From the NCBI RefSeq assembly GCF_046105845.1, contig NZ_CP151004.1: DNA of 64,000 nt. The stretch is one strand, 5' to 3'. The stretch's first letter is position 1; the number at the start of each line of letters is the position of its first letter. Positions 11,159-22,923 of the stretch are shown here, piece after piece. Both the position numbers and the translations under genes were made by a program. The notes beneath the pieces were generated by a model. The model ran no database searches. It was not told the DNA's origin and worked only from the letters and a program-made list of their open reading frames with translations. Source of the stretch: Escherichia coli (GTDB lineage: Bacteria; Pseudomonadota; Gammaproteobacteria; Enterobacterales; Enterobacteriaceae).

Positions 11159-12826
11159 TTATTGCAAACGTTCTAATAAACGAGCCAGTTTTTTATTGCC
11201 GCCGGCGACTGGCGACCATTGGTAATGCACAACCGGTTTGCTGGCGCTTTGTAGCTCCAGCGCAAAGCTGCGTAATCCGATGTTAATCACGGCGACGTTT
11301 TCCAGTAATGACGGTGTGTGTTGCTGTGCGGCAGGCGAGAGCGGATGAATTAACGCTGCCGCCAGCAAGGTGGCTTCCGGTAGCGAACTCACGACAGCAA
11401 TCCCCGCATCTTCCAGCGTGGCGATTTGCTGCGAGCGGCATTGCGGGTCACGTTCGGTACCTGTCACCGTGGCAATGGCGTACAGCGGTTGGCTGTCTGA
11501 ACGCGCGGCACAGGCTTTTTGCCAGGCGCTCACCAGCGAGGCGGCAGGATCGGCGGTCGCACCGAAGCCAATCACGACATCAAGCAGCAACACGCGCACT
11601 TGCGGTTTAGCGCCGAGATCGGCAATTAACTGGTTGCGTAAGGTTGGGTCGATCATCGGATGGGGACGCCCGACGGTGTAGAAATCATCGCCAAGGTCAA
11701 TGATCTGGTGACCATCGGCGTCGAGCATCATGCCGTGATGATGGGTATCGTCGGCTTCCACGCCAAGGTGTCCGGCAAGTAATCCCGCCGCTTCAGCAGC
11801 CAGCGTACCGCCGGTATACAAACCGCAAATAAATCCGCTGCTGACAGGTGCTATTGCGTTACGTCGCGCCGTGACGCGTGAAAGCAGGCAAGCCAGGCGT
11901 GCGGCCTCATCCAGCGAGGAGGCAAACCAGACATTTTCGTCGCGGGCCACCGCCGGGGTATAACCTAAAAACAGCGCCACCGTCGGTTTGCCGGTTGCTT
12001 TCATGGCATTAACAATTTTCAGACGCACAGCTTCGGCAGGTGGTTTTGAAACAAATGCCAGCACTTCGCTTTTCTCGTCTGCACTGAGCATTTCCAGCGC
12101 CGTCAGCGCACTGATGCCGCCCACTTCACGGCTGAGGTCGCGCCCGCCAAGGCCAATCGCGTGAGTAATTCCCTCCCCTGCCAGCGCAATCTGCGAACAC
12201 AGCTCCTGAATCCCGGTACCGGAAGCGCCAATGACGCCAATATTGCCTTCCGGCATCACGTTAGCAAAAGCCAGCGGCGTGGCGGCAATCATCGACGTAC
12301 CGCAGTCTGGCCCCATCACCAGCAAGCCTTTTTCCCGCGCGCGGGTTTTAAGTTGGATTTCATCTTCCAGCGTGACGTTATCGGAGAACATCATCACGTT
12401 GAGGTTGCGATCCAGCGCCTGATTCGCCAGCTCCGCCGCATACTCGCCAGCCACTGAAATCAGCGCCAGACTGGCGTCGGGTAATTTCTGACAGGCACTG
12501 TCCCAGCGACGCACCTGCGTCAACGCCTGGCTGCTGCCTGAACCCTGCGCCAGTTGTTTTAGCGCCTCTTCAAGCTGCTGCATAACCGCCTGCGCGATCC
12601 CCGCATCCGCCGCTTCGCTACGAATTGCCACGCAAATATCGTTCGGCGTGGCGTGATTAAAATCGTCATGCCAGAAACCTGTCGTCTCTAATAACGCTTT
12701 ATTGGCAGGCGTACCCATCATTACAGAAACATCATCAACATTTTCTGATTCGCTAAGTTTTCGTGAAATAATCATTAAACTGACCGAATCCTGAAAACAC
12801 CCTTTTTTAATAAAGGCGTGGATCAT
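11159..12826 (-). CDS. fdrA: FdrA (acyl-CoA synthetase / succinyl-CoA synthetase alpha-like)
   Basis: 555-aa ORF with CoA-binding and ligase-CoA-like segments; recognised FdrA. Confidence 0.9.
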   Translation of the reverse strand: MIHAFIKKGCFQDSVSLMIISRKLSESENVDDVSVMMGTPANKALLETTGFWHDDFNHATPNDICVAIRSEAADAGIAQAVMQQLEEALKQLAQGSGSSQALTQVRRWDSACQKLPDASLALISVAGEYAAELANQALDRNLNVMMFSDNVTLEDEIQLKTRAREKGLLVMGPDCGTSMIAATPLAFANVMPEGNIGVIGASGTGIQELCSQIALAGEGITHAIGLGGRDLSREVGGISALTALEMLSADEKSEVLAFVSKPPAEAVRLKIVNAMKATGKPTVALFLGYTPAVARDENVWFASSLDEAARLACLLSRVTARRNAIAPVSSGFICGLYTGGTLAAEAAGLLAGHLGVEADDTHHHGMMLDADGHQIIDLGDDFYTVGRPHPMIDPTLRNQLIADLGAKPQVRVLLLDVVIGFGATADPAASLVSAWQKACAARSDSQPLYAIATVTGTERDPQCRSQQIATLEDAGIAVVSSLPEATLLAAALIHPLSPAAQQHTPSLLENVAVINIGLRSFALELQSASKPVVHYQWSPVAGGNKKLARLLERLQ

Positions 12827-13142
12827 AACAACTCCTTAAAAATTGCACCCATGGCAATTGCACGAGCAGTGTTAATGTGGCAATTACGGTATCGATGACA
12901 ACGGGTAAATAAGGTGATGAATATCACACAGGGATTATTAACAAAAGAATTCAAATAACCGCCATGTTATTACGCGTTACTTTTTAATAAGCGTGGTTGT
13001 TTTAAAAACCAGGTTAAAAGCGAGCGGATTATCAAATAAATTCTAACTATATTTTTTTGCCTGTCTGGATCACATAATCCAGATATTTTCCCTGTATGTT
13101 AATTGCAGTCATGCTTCACACCGTCGTTAAAAAGGAAGACAG

Positions 13143-14192
13143 ATGAAAATCAGTCGGGAAACACTCCACCAGCTAATCGAGAATAAACTCTGCCAGGCTG
13201 GGTTAAAACGTGAGCACGCTGCAACCGTGGCTGAAGTATTGGTTTACGCCGATGCCAGAGGGATCCACTCTCATGGCGCGGTGCGTGTTGAATACTACGC
13301 AGAACGCATTTCAAAAGGCGGCACCAACCGTGAACCGGAATTTCGTCTTGAAGAAACCGGGCCGTGTTCGGCAATTTTACATGCCGACAATGCCGCCGGA
13401 CAGGTCGCGGCGAAAATGGGTATGGAACATGCCATCAAAACCGCCCAGCAAAAAGGCGTTGCGGTGGTCGGTATCAGCCGGATGGGTCACAGCGGCGCAA
13501 TCTCTTATTTTGTACAGCAGGCAGCTCGCGCCGGGTTAATTGGCATTTCGATGTGCCAGTCCGATCCAATGGTGGTGCCGTTTGGCGGCGCGGAAATTTA
13601 CTACGGAACTAACCCACTGGCCTTTGCCGCGCCGGGAGAAGGCGACGAGATCCTTACCTTTGATATGGCGACTACCGTACAGGCATGGGGAAAAGTGCTC
13701 GACGCCCGCTCGCGTAATATGTCTATCCCGGATACCTGGGCGGTCGATAAAAACGGAGCACCAACAACCGATCCATTTGCAGTTAACGCCCTGCTCCCTG
13801 CCGCCGGACCGAAAGGGTATGGCCTGATGATGATGATTGACGTCCTCTCAGGCGTCTTACTCGGCTTACCGTTCGGGCGACAGGTTAGTTCGATGTATGA
13901 CGATTTACACGCCGGGCGTAATTTGGGGCAATTACATATCGTTATTAATCCGAACTTTTTCTCCTCCAGCGAACTATTCCGTCAACATCTTAGCCAGACC
14001 ATGCGCGAATTAAATGCCATAACCCCCGCGCCCGGTTTTAACCAGGTTTATTATCCCGGACAGGATCAGGATATTAAACAACGCAAAGCCGCCGTCGAAG
14101 GCATCGAAATTGTTGATGATATTTACCAGTATTTAATTTCCGACGCGCTTTATAACACGTCATACGAAACGAAAAATCCCTTTGCGCAATAA
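13143..14192 (+). CDS. allD: Ureidoglycolate dehydrogenase
   Basis: 349-aa ORF, recognised AllD; divergent from fdrA across a 316-bp AT-rich promoter region. Confidence 0.95.
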   Translation: MKISRETLHQLIENKLCQAGLKREHAATVAEVLVYADARGIHSHGAVRVEYYAERISKGGTNREPEFRLEETGPCSAILHADNAAGQVAAKMGMEHAIKTAQQKGVAVVGISRMGHSGAISYFVQQAARAGLIGISMCQSDPMVVPFGGAEIYYGTNPLAFAAPGEGDEILTFDMATTVQAWGKVLDARSRNMSIPDTWAVDKNGAPTTDPFAVNALLPAAGPKGYGLMMMIDVLSGVLLGLPFGRQVSSMYDDLHAGRNLGQLHIVINPNFFSSSELFRQHLSQTMRELNAITPAPGFNQVYYPGQDQDIKQRKAAVEGIEIVDDIYQYLISDALYNTSYETKNPFAQ

Positions 14193-14213
14193 TTATTGAG
14201 ACAGGACTTTCTT

Positions 14214-15449
14214 ATGATTACACATTTCCGTCAAGCCATAGAAGAAACGCTGCCCTGGCTTTCCTCTTTTGGCGCTGACCCAACGGGTGGTATGACCCGT
14301 TTACTTTATTCGCCGGAATGGCTGGAAACTCAGCAGCAATTTAAAAAAAGAATGGCAGCAAGCGGGCTGGAAACACGTTTCGATGAAGTGGGGAATTTAT
14401 ATGGTCGCCTGAGTGGCACCGAATATCCACAGGAAGTGGTTCTGAGCGGTTCGCATATCGATACCGTGGTTAACGGCGGTAACCTCGACGGGCAATTCGG
14501 CGCGCTGGCGGCGTGGCTGGCAATTGACTGGCTGAAAACGCAATACGGCGCGCCGTTACGTACGGTCGAAGTGGTGGCGATGGCAGAAGAAGAAGGCAGC
14601 CGCTTCCCGTATGTCTTCTGGGGCAGTAAAAATATCTTTGGGCTGGCGAATCCTGACGACGTGCGGAATATCTGTGATGCCAAAGGAAATAGTTTTGTCG
14701 ATGCGATGAAGGCTTGCGGATTTACTCTGCCGAACGCCCCACTAACTCCGCGTCAGGATATTAAAGCCTTTGTCGAACTGCATATCGAACAGGGCTGTGT
14801 GCTGGAAAGTAATGGGCAGTCAATTGGCGTGGTGAATGCAATTGTCGGGCAGCGTCGTTATACGGTGACGCTGAACGGCGAATCAAACCATGCAGGCACC
14901 ACGCCGATGGGTTATCGTCGTGATACGGTTTACGCTTTCAGTCGCATTTGCCATCAGTCGATCGAAAAAGCGAAAAAGATGGGCGACCCGCTGGTGCTGA
15001 CCTTTGGCAAGGTGGAGCCGCGTCCGAATACGGTGAATGTGGTGCCGGGTAAAACCACGTTCACCATTGATTGTCGTCATACCGATGCTGCCGTGCTGCG
15101 CGATTTCACCCAACAGTTAGAAAACGACATGCGGGCGATTTGCGATGAAATGGACATTGGTATTGATATCGATTTATGGATGGACGAAGAACCCGTGCCG
15201 ATGAATAAGGAGCTGGTCGCCACCCTGACAGAATTGTGTGAAAGTGAAAAACTGAATTACCGGGTGATGCACAGTGGTGCCGGGCACGACGCGCAAATTT
15301 TCGCGCCTCGCGTGCCGACCTGCATGATTTTCATTCCCAGCATCAACGGGATCAGCCATAACCCGGCGGAACGCACCAATATTACCGACCTTGCCGAAGG
15401 GGTCAAAACGTTGGCACTCATGCTTTATCAACTTGCCTGGCAGAAATAA
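14214..15449 (+). CDS. allC: Allantoate amidohydrolase
   Basis: ORF 14196..15449 begins at a TTG; ATG at 14214 gives the 411-aa form MITHFRQAIEETLPWL...; M20 peptidase family. Confidence 0.95.
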   Translation: MITHFRQAIEETLPWLSSFGADPTGGMTRLLYSPEWLETQQQFKKRMAASGLETRFDEVGNLYGRLSGTEYPQEVVLSGSHIDTVVNGGNLDGQFGALAAWLAIDWLKTQYGAPLRTVEVVAMAEEEGSRFPYVFWGSKNIFGLANPDDVRNICDAKGNSFVDAMKACGFTLPNAPLTPRQDIKAFVELHIEQGCVLESNGQSIGVVNAIVGQRRYTVTLNGESNHAGTTPMGYRRDTVYAFSRICHQSIEKAKKMGDPLVLTFGKVEPRPNTVNVVPGKTTFTIDCRHTDAAVLRDFTQQLENDMRAICDEMDIGIDIDLWMDEEPVPMNKELVATLTELCESEKLNYRVMHSGAGHDAQIFAPRVPTCMIFIPSINGISHNPAERTNITDLAEGVKTLALMLYQLAWQK

Positions 15450-15459
15450 GGAGTTATAA

Positions 15460-16245
15460 ATGGGATATTTAAATAACGTCACCGGTTACCGCGATGATTT
15501 ACTGGCTAACCGTGCGATTGTTAAACACGGTAATTTCGCGCTGCTAACCCCGGACGGTCTGGTAAAAAATATTATTCCGGGCTTTGAAAATTGTGACGCG
15601 ACAATCCTCTCCACGCCAAAGCTGGGTGCCTCTTTTGTTGATTATCTGGTCACACTGCATCAAAACGGTGGTAACCAACAGGGCTTCGGTGGTGAAGGAG
15701 TTGAAACGTTCCTGTATGTGATCTCTGGAAATATCACTGCCAAAGCTGAAGGGAAAACATTTACCTTAAGCGAAGGTGGCTATCTTTATTGCCCGCCAGG
15801 CTCCTTAATGACGTTTGTTAACGCCCAGGCCGAAGACAGCCAAATCTTTTTATATAAGCGCCGCTATGTTCCGGTAGAAGGCCATGCACCGTGGCTGGTT
15901 TCTGGCAATGCCAGCGAGCTCGAACGCATTCATTATGAAGGCATGGACGATGTTATTCTGCTGGATTTTCTGCCCAAAGAGTTAGGTTTTGATATGAACA
16001 TGCATATCCTCTCTTTTGCGCCAGGTGCCAGCCACGGTTATATCGAAACTCACGTCCAGGAACACGGTGCCTATATTCTTTCCGGTCAGGGGGTTTATAA
16101 CCTCGACAATAACTGGATCCCGGTGAAAAAAGGCGATTACATCTTTATGGGCGCTTATTCCTTACAGGCCGGTTATGGCGTAGGGCGTGGTGAAGCGTTT
16201 AGTTATATTTACTCGAAAGATTGCAACCGCGACGTAGAGATTTAA
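15460..16245 (+). CDS. allE: (S)-ureidoglycine aminohydrolase (cupin)
   Basis: 261-aa ORF, recognised YlbA/AllE. Confidence 0.93.
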   Translation: MGYLNNVTGYRDDLLANRAIVKHGNFALLTPDGLVKNIIPGFENCDATILSTPKLGASFVDYLVTLHQNGGNQQGFGGEGVETFLYVISGNITAKAEGKTFTLSEGGYLYCPPGSLMTFVNAQAEDSQIFLYKRRYVPVEGHAPWLVSGNASELERIHYEGMDDVILLDFLPKELGFDMNMHILSFAPGASHGYIETHVQEHGAYILSGQGVYNLDNNWIPVKKGDYIFMGAYSLQAGYGVGRGEAFSYIYSKDCNRDVEI

Positions 16246-16287
16246 GTCATACCACTCGCCTGATTATTTTTAGCTATGTTGGATTTT

Positions 16288-16314
16288 GCCACGGTTTATA
16301 CCGTGGCTTTTTTT
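16288..16314 (+). terminator. Rho-independent terminator after allE
   Basis: gccacggt-ttat-accgtggc hairpin followed by ttttttt. Confidence 0.7.
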
Positions 16315-16329
16315 GCGGTAAATTCAGGT

Positions 16330-16360
16330 AAAAAACGGATGCGGGATAAAATGCATCCGC
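16330..16360 (-). terminator. Probable terminator after glxK
   Basis: Minus-strand hairpin cggatgc/gcatccg with a 10-nt loop, followed by a U-run (A-run 16330..16335 on plus). Confidence 0.5.
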
Positions 16361-16374
16361 TCTAATGGCAAGAG

Positions 16375-17520
16375 TCAGTTTTTAATTCCCTGACCTATTT
16401 TAATGGCGCAGGCAATATTTCGTGCGCTGTTGAAGAGATTGGTTTCACCGCTGGCGAGCACTTCGGCTAAAGGTGCCAGACGTGGCAAAATGCTGAACAC
16501 CGCGTCAATGCCGTACTGGTGCACCACTTCCACGCCGTCACCCAATACGCCAGCAATCCCAATCACCGGGACATTAAACTGCTTCGCCACCGACGCCACG
16601 CCCAGCGGTGCTTTACCGCCTGCCGTTTGCGAGTCGATGCGCCCTTCCCCGGTGATCACCAGCGCTGCGCCCTGCACCGCCTGCTCCAGGTTGACCGCCC
16701 GCAGTACAATCTCAATACCCGGTTTAATATCCGCATTGAGGAATACCGCCGCCGCAATACCCATCCCGCCCGCCGCGCCGCCGCCCGTCATCTGGCAGAC
16801 GTTGATTTCAGTTTGCTGTTGTAAAACACGGGCGTAATTTTGCAGCCCCTGCTCCAGCTCTTCGACCATTTCCGGCGTTGCCCCTTTTTGCGGGCCGAAC
16901 ACCGCCGCCGCGCCGCGTGCCCCTACCAGCGGATTATCAACATCACATGCGACTTCAATATGGCAGTTCGCCAGACGCGGATCGCATTCATCCATCTCAA
17001 TTCTTGCCACGCGCGCTAAATTGCCGCCGTTAGCCGCCAGCACCTGGCCGTCGGCATCGAGAAAACGCACACCAAGCGCCTGCGCCATGCCCATACCGCC
17101 GTCGACCGTCGCACTGCCGCCAATGCCGAGAATAATATGGCGAATGTCGTTATCCAGCGCATGCCGAATTAACTCCCCCGTACCAAAACTGGAGGCCAGC
17201 AACGGATTACGCTTTTCAGGCGCGACCAGCATCAGGCCACTTGCTGCCGCCATCTCAATCACCGCCGTTTTCCCGTCGCCGGTAAGGCCATAAAAAGCAT
17301 TCACTTTTTCGCCCATCGGCCCGCAGACTTCAAGCGTCACGATGTTGCCGCCCGTCGCGGCGACCATCGCATCCACCGTCCCTTCGCCGCCATCCGCTAT
17401 CGGCAAACAGATATAGTGCGCATCGGGAAAGAGGGTCGAAAACCCGGCTTTAATTGCCTGACAACATTTTTCTGCACTTAAGCTCTCTTTAAAAGAGTCT
17501 GGCGCAATGACAATCTTCAT
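16375..17520 (-). CDS. glxK: Glycerate 2-kinase
   Basis: ORF 16375..17526; ATG at 17520 gives [18 protein letters not shown]...; glycerate kinase family. Confidence 0.93.
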   Translation of the reverse strand: MKIVIAPDSFKESLSAEKCCQAIKAGFSTLFPDAHYICLPIADGGEGTVDAMVAATGGNIVTLEVCGPMGEKVNAFYGLTGDGKTAVIEMAAASGLMLVAPEKRNPLLASSFGTGELIRHALDNDIRHIILGIGGSATVDGGMGMAQALGVRFLDADGQVLAANGGNLARVARIEMDECDPRLANCHIEVACDVDNPLVGARGAAAVFGPQKGATPEMVEELEQGLQNYARVLQQQTEINVCQMTGGGAAGGMGIAAAVFLNADIKPGIEIVLRAVNLEQAVQGAALVITGEGRIDSQTAGGKAPLGVASVAKQFNVPVIGIAGVLGDGVEVVHQYGIDAVFSILPRLAPLAEVLASGETNLFNSARNIACAIKIGQGIKN

Positions 17521-17541
17521 TATCAATCCTTTTTCAACAAA

Positions 17542-18849
17542 TTATTCGATGCGTTCCCACGGAATAAGGTTATCCATAAGAACAGCCAGTAAAATCCCGA
17601 CCAGTAAGCCGTTACTGAGCAGAGGACGAAGCGTTAATGGAAGGTCTTGCAGATACACAGGCGGTAATGCCATTAAAAATATGCCGACAAATAACGGCAA
17701 TGCGAGTCGATAAATATTGCGAGCGGTAAACGTGATTTGCTGGCTAAAAACCAGCGCGGAAAAGAGTAAAGGCAGATAAGAAACCAGCATGACCGCGCTA
17801 CTCACTGGTAAGGGGATACTGCAAAACAGACGCGTGAGTGCCGGAACCAGCGCCACCAGCAGGCAAATAACGCTGCCATAAATAAACGAACGCCGCGTGT
17901 AATCGCCAGTCTGGGTTAATAAACCAATGGATGAAACAAACGGTGAAAATGGAACTACCGCCAGCGGTACGGTTATCAGCGTCATAAATCCGGTCGCCAC
18001 AAAGCTACGACGATAACGCGTATTCCCCGCGCCCTGCTGCGGATAAAAAACATCCGTGCCCCGAATCGCACCGTAGGTATTGCTGATATTTACCAGACCT
18101 GTAATCACCGCCGTCAGAATAATTCCCGGCGACAAAGCACCGCCACTGCCGAGCGGGAACCACTGCCAGTGCAACTCACCGGAGAGCGAATGCGAAGAAG
18201 GAAAGCAAAAGTACCACAATAACCAGCCGGTTATCGTGCCGACCAGCAGGCCATAACGGGCAAAACGTTGCGGCAGAAAGATAATCATCGCCAGTACCAG
18301 GCACATCACCGCGACCGAGAGTGCGAACGGCGGTAACTGAATTTTAAAATTCGGGTCGGCTATGCCAAACGGCAGCCCGAGCATACCCTTGAAAAAGATA
18401 GTGGTCAGCTGCGCGCCCAGCATCAACATAAACAAGACCATCACCGACGGCGTAAATAACCGCGCCAGACGATGACCTAATCCGCTAAAACCAATCAACA
18501 TCGTCAGCACGCCAGAGAGCGCAATTCCCACCGCCAGGCTGGTAGCGATATCGTTGATCGGTGTCCCGCGCGATGCTTCGCCAAGGGTGATAGTAAGGAT
18601 GGTTCCCCACCACAGGCCACCCGGTCCTTCCATAATAGCGCGACGATGACCGCAAAACGCCTGAGCGAAGCAGGCCAGTGCGGTAGCAAGAAAAGCATAT
18701 TGCGTGAGCGTAAGCAGGCTACTTTGCGGCAACTGAAAAGCAGAAAGTAGCGTAGGAGGAACCACAACCGTGTTGCAAAAAATAAAGAAAAACCACTGAA
18801 ATCCTGATAACAGGCTTTCGCGGCTGACTGCAAAATTGAACATAAACAC
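17542..18849 (-). CDS. ybbY: Putative purine/nucleobase permease
   Basis: 435-aa polytopic membrane ORF (NCS2-like) between glxK and allB; start could be the second Met. Confidence 0.85.
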   Translation of the reverse strand: MFMFNFAVSRESLLSGFQWFFFIFCNTVVVPPTLLSAFQLPQSSLLTLTQYAFLATALACFAQAFCGHRRAIMEGPGGLWWGTILTITLGEASRGTPINDIATSLAVGIALSGVLTMLIGFSGLGHRLARLFTPSVMVLFMLMLGAQLTTIFFKGMLGLPFGIADPNFKIQLPPFALSVAVMCLVLAMIIFLPQRFARYGLLVGTITGWLLWYFCFPSSHSLSGELHWQWFPLGSGGALSPGIILTAVITGLVNISNTYGAIRGTDVFYPQQGAGNTRYRRSFVATGFMTLITVPLAVVPFSPFVSSIGLLTQTGDYTRRSFIYGSVICLLVALVPALTRLFCSIPLPVSSAVMLVSYLPLLFSALVFSQQITFTARNIYRLALPLFVGIFLMALPPVYLQDLPLTLRPLLSNGLLVGILLAVLMDNLIPWERIE

Positions 18850-18899
18850 ACCTTAACCGGAGAATGCCCGCCGCAAGGACGGGCATTGCAGGGGCCAGA

Positions 18900-20261
18900 T
18901 TACTGCTGATGTTTAAGGATAAATTGACCTTTCGGCGCAACAGGGAAGCCCTGTTCAATGTCGTAAATCACATCACCACGTAAGATGGTTTTCGTGATAC
19001 GCGCGCCAATGGTACGGCCAACATACGGGCTGACTTTGTGGCGATATTCCAGATCGTCATTGGTAAGAACATAGCTGCTATTCGGCTGAATGAAGACGAA
19101 GTCGGCATCTTTTCCTGGGGCGATACGGCCTTTTTGCTGCAGACCGAAAATATCTGCTGCGTTAGTCGCCATTAATTTGCCGAACATTGGCAGAGACATT
19201 CCGCGTTTCTGTACCGCTTCATCGAACATCACGTCCATACAGTTTTGCAGACCGGCAATACCGCCCCATGCTTCCATGATGTTGCCGGCTTTCATTTCCG
19301 GAGGGCATGGTGAGTGGTCGGAAACCAGGCAGTCGATTTCACCGTTAAATAGTTTTTCCCACATGCCTTTCTGGTTTTCCAGATCGCGGATCGGCGGTGA
19401 ACACTTCGCCAGAGTACCGATTTCTTCGAACTGATCGGTATCCAGTACAAAGTAATGCGGGCAGGATTCACAGGTAACATCCTGGCCTTCCTGACGTGCA
19501 CGAGTCACTTCCTCAACACCTTCCGGGCTGCTGATATGGCAAACGTGCAGACGGCAACCAGCAACTTTCGCCAGGTACAGCACGCGGCGAATCGCTTCCA
19601 CTTCGGTAAATACCGGACGCGAAGCCACATAGTCATGTGCGGTTACGCGACCTTCACTTTTCGCTTCTTCGCCCAGTGCATCACAGATCAGCGCGTTTTC
19701 GCAGTGAACCAGCACCGGCTGCCCCAGTTCGCCCAGCTTCTGCGCACCTTTGAAGAACTGCCAGTCGTTTACATCACGGAAGTCGTTGTCGATACCGCGA
19801 TCGCCACAGGTCGCAACGAAGCATTTGAAGCCGACAACGCCCACTTCATCCAGCTCATGCAGACGGTCGATGTTGTAAGACACCAGGCCACCGAGTTGTG
19901 CCGCATCGATAGTCAGCTTGCCTTTGGCGGCATCAAACTTCAGTTCAATCGATGCGCGGTCAACCGTTGCAGGCAGCTGGTTGAGCGGCATTTCGATCAT
20001 GGTGGTGATACCGCCTTTTGCCGCTGCGCGAGTGCCAGTTTCATAACCTTCCCAGTGGCTACGACCCGGTTCAGAAATATGGGTGTGCGCATCAACCATG
20101 CCCGGCGAAACCACCAGACCAGACGCATCCATCACTTCTTTTGCATCACCCAGATCCTGACCGATAGCAGCAATTTTCCCGCCTTTAACGGCGATATCTA
20201 CAACGCGAGCTTCGTTTTCTAAAATAACGGTGCCGTTTTTAATGATTAAATCAAAAGACAT
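18900..20261 (-). CDS. allB: Allantoinase
   Basis: 453-aa ORF, cyclic amidohydrolase family with metal-binding HxH (DAHTH); recognised AllB. Confidence 0.96.
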   Translation of the reverse strand: MSFDLIIKNGTVILENEARVVDIAVKGGKIAAIGQDLGDAKEVMDASGLVVSPGMVDAHTHISEPGRSHWEGYETGTRAAAKGGITTMIEMPLNQLPATVDRASIELKFDAAKGKLTIDAAQLGGLVSYNIDRLHELDEVGVVGFKCFVATCGDRGIDNDFRDVNDWQFFKGAQKLGELGQPVLVHCENALICDALGEEAKSEGRVTAHDYVASRPVFTEVEAIRRVLYLAKVAGCRLHVCHISSPEGVEEVTRARQEGQDVTCESCPHYFVLDTDQFEEIGTLAKCSPPIRDLENQKGMWEKLFNGEIDCLVSDHSPCPPEMKAGNIMEAWGGIAGLQNCMDVMFDEAVQKRGMSLPMFGKLMATNAADIFGLQQKGRIAPGKDADFVFIQPNSSYVLTNDDLEYRHKVSPYVGRTIGARITKTILRGDVIYDIEQGFPVAPKGQFILKHQQ

Positions 20262-20320
20262 AACAAACTCCTTGTAAAATACAGATTGGTTTTTAACTCA
20301 ATGTTCAATATCGGGATTAA

Positions 20321-21775
20321 TTAACCTATGGTTTTTTGCTCTCCTGTTTTTTCTGCTGTTGTACGTTTCTTTAATAAGGCGTAGGCCGCAAAGGCGACGA
20401 TGACGCCGACAAACCATGAAACACGAGATAACGGTTCCATAAAGGGAATAAACTTACCGCCAAGAGATAAAATAACGGCCACCAGAGTTACTGAAAACGC
20501 AGTGAGGTTAAAACCGTTATCGTAATATTTATAATCGCCAGGTGCGGTGTACAGTTCATCAAGATTAATTTGCCCACGCATCACCACAAAATAATGCGCC
20601 ATCATGACACCAATTACCGGACCCAGCATTCCGCCGATAATATCGAGGAACAGATAAATACTGTCCTGATTTTCCATTAATTTCCACGGGCAGATCAGCA
20701 GGCTGATAATACTGGCAATCAGTACGCCGTTTTTATAGGTCAGTTTTGTCGGTGCAATAGCGGCAATCTGATAACCGGCCGGAATAATATTACCGGTGGC
20801 GTTAGTGGAGATAGTTGTCATCAGAATAACCAGTACCGCAAAGAACGAGGCGAACAGGCTGTCCCAACGCTGAACAATATCCAGCACGTTCCAGGTATCA
20901 GCGCCGTAGTGAATACTGGCTCCGGCAATAATACATACCCCGGCGACAGCAAACAGAATATAGGCCACAACTAAACCCAGCGTTTGCCCCAGCGCTTGCT
21001 CACGAAACGAGTGGGCGTTTTGCGTAAAGTCGGATGCGCTCACCGCCGGTGCTGCCCATACCGCAACTACCGCGTTAATCACCACCAGGAACAGGAAGCC
21101 ACTGTTTTCTGCTTTCTGAATACCGCTCGGAATGTAGTCAAAGATTGGACCGAGCCCGACCAGCGAAATCGCCCAAAGCGCCATACCGCCGAAAACGATA
21201 TAGATGCACGGGTTAAGAATGGCGGTGAATTTATTTAAAACTTTGCCACCGCCGAAACCGATTCCGACGTTCACCAGCCAGAAGAGTAAGAAAGTGATTA
21301 AGCCCGGTAGAGAAAGCCCTAACAGGGTAAAATCACCACCGAGAGTTAAAAATCCCGGCCAGATTTTGCCAATCAGGATCAAGCAGGCCAGTGACCCCGC
21401 GTAACATTGCAAGCCAAACCACATAATGGCAGCAATCCCGCCTCTTAATAATCCGGGAAACAGTGCACCACGTACGCCGTAAGAAGCACGCAGGATCATG
21501 GCAAAAGGCACACCGTATTTACTGCCCGCAGCACCGTTTAATACCATTACCGCGGCAATGAAAAAGGCGCTGATGATAATTGCCAGCATAATACTAAAGG
21601 TAGACAAGCCGAGAATAAAAAAGCCGCCGACCATCACATAATTGGGAACGTTATGAACCGAACCCATCCATAAGGTAAAATAGTTAAATGTTTTCCAGGT
21701 CCGCTGACTTTGCGTTTTCGGCAATAGATCTTCGCTATAGCCGCGTTGCTGGAATAGTTTTCTCTGATGTTCCAT
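20321..21775 (-). CDS. ybbW: Allantoin permease (NCS1 family)
   Basis: 484-aa 12-TM-like ORF; recognised YbbW/AllW. Confidence 0.92.
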   Translation of the reverse strand: MEHQRKLFQQRGYSEDLLPKTQSQRTWKTFNYFTLWMGSVHNVPNYVMVGGFFILGLSTFSIMLAIIISAFFIAAVMVLNGAAGSKYGVPFAMILRASYGVRGALFPGLLRGGIAAIMWFGLQCYAGSLACLILIGKIWPGFLTLGGDFTLLGLSLPGLITFLLFWLVNVGIGFGGGKVLNKFTAILNPCIYIVFGGMALWAISLVGLGPIFDYIPSGIQKAENSGFLFLVVINAVVAVWAAPAVSASDFTQNAHSFREQALGQTLGLVVAYILFAVAGVCIIAGASIHYGADTWNVLDIVQRWDSLFASFFAVLVILMTTISTNATGNIIPAGYQIAAIAPTKLTYKNGVLIASIISLLICPWKLMENQDSIYLFLDIIGGMLGPVIGVMMAHYFVVMRGQINLDELYTAPGDYKYYDNGFNLTAFSVTLVAVILSLGGKFIPFMEPLSRVSWFVGVIVAFAAYALLKKRTTAEKTGEQKTIG

Positions 21776-21945
21776 AAATCCCTCTTAATTTCACGTATCG
21801 AATAACGTTGTTTTAATCTAGCTATGAGGAACAAATAAAATAAAAAATATTATTTTTAATGCTGAAGCAACATCTTTGGCTGCTTTCTTTTTTTAATATT
21901 GCTGGCCGATTCATTTTCTGATATCGGCCATTTTTATTGCGGGTA

Positions 21946-22824
21946 TCAGGCCAGTTTATGGTTAGCCATTAATTCCAGCGCCAGCACTAACGCAGAGTGA
22001 TCCAACTGGCTGCCACCGTTTGCCGCACAGGTATTAAATAACTCCTGGCAGGTCGCAGTGTTTGGCAGGTTCAGCGCAAGTGCTTTCGCACTTTGCAGTG
22101 CCAGGTTGAGATCTTTCTGGTGCAGCGCAATTTTAAAACCTGGATTAAAGGTGCGTTTAATCATGCGCTCACCGTGAACTTCCAGAATACGTGAGGAAGC
22201 AAAGCCGCCCATCAGCGCCTGGCGCACACGTACCGGATCCGCTCCGGCTTTTGAAGCAAATAGCAGGGCTTCAGAAACCGCTTCAATATTGAGCGCCACG
22301 ATAATCTGATTTGCCACTTTGCAGGTTTGACCGTCGCCGTTACCGCCCACGAGGGTGATATTTTTACCGAGCAGTTCAAACAGCGGTTTAACACGTTCAA
22401 ATACCGCTTCGTCGCCGCCAACCATAATCGACAACGTCCCTTCACGCGCGCCGATTTCACCGCCGGAGACGGGCGCATCGAGATAATCGCCGCACAGTTC
22501 ATTCACCTGACGAGCGAAACGTTTAGTTTCGATCGGGGAAATGGAGCTCATATCAACAATGGTTTTGCCCTTCAGCGAGGTTTTGGTACAACCATTTTCA
22601 CCAAACAGAACTTCTTCAACCTGTGGCGTATCCGGCACCATAATAAAAATGATGTCCGATGCTTCCGTTACCTGGCGCGCAGTTTCAACACTGACGGCAC
22701 CCAGTGACAGTAATTCATCAGCAACCGGACCAATGGTTGTGACATGCAGTTGATGACCGGCACGCGCCAGATTAATGGCCATCGGTGTACCCATAATGCC
22801 TAAGCCAATAAATCCCAGTTTCAT
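21946..22824 (-). CDS. glxR: Tartronate semialdehyde reductase
   Basis: 292-aa ORF with N-terminal Rossmann motif GFIGLGIMG. Confidence 0.95.
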   Translation of the reverse strand: MKLGFIGLGIMGTPMAINLARAGHQLHVTTIGPVADELLSLGAVSVETARQVTEASDIIFIMVPDTPQVEEVLFGENGCTKTSLKGKTIVDMSSISPIETKRFARQVNELCGDYLDAPVSGGEIGAREGTLSIMVGGDEAVFERVKPLFELLGKNITLVGGNGDGQTCKVANQIIVALNIEAVSEALLFASKAGADPVRVRQALMGGFASSRILEVHGERMIKRTFNPGFKIALHQKDLNLALQSAKALALNLPNTATCQELFNTCAANGGSQLDHSALVLALELMANHKLA

Positions 22825-22923
22825 AATTAACCTCTTTTAAATTTCGCTTTTCCTGAATTCAGACAACACGATCCCCTGCCGACTTAGCGACCTAAAAAAG
22901 CATTGTCTGAATAGCGTTACGTT

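Noticed and set aside
19455-20222. 255-aa plus-strand ORF
   Set aside because: Antisense to allB.
21904-21938. Plus-strand hairpin ggccgat...atcggcc followed by a T-run in the ybbW-glxR intergenic region
   Set aside because: No plus-strand gene upstream to terminate; likely a structural element of the minus-strand intergenic RNA or chance hairpin. Not enough to call an sRNA.
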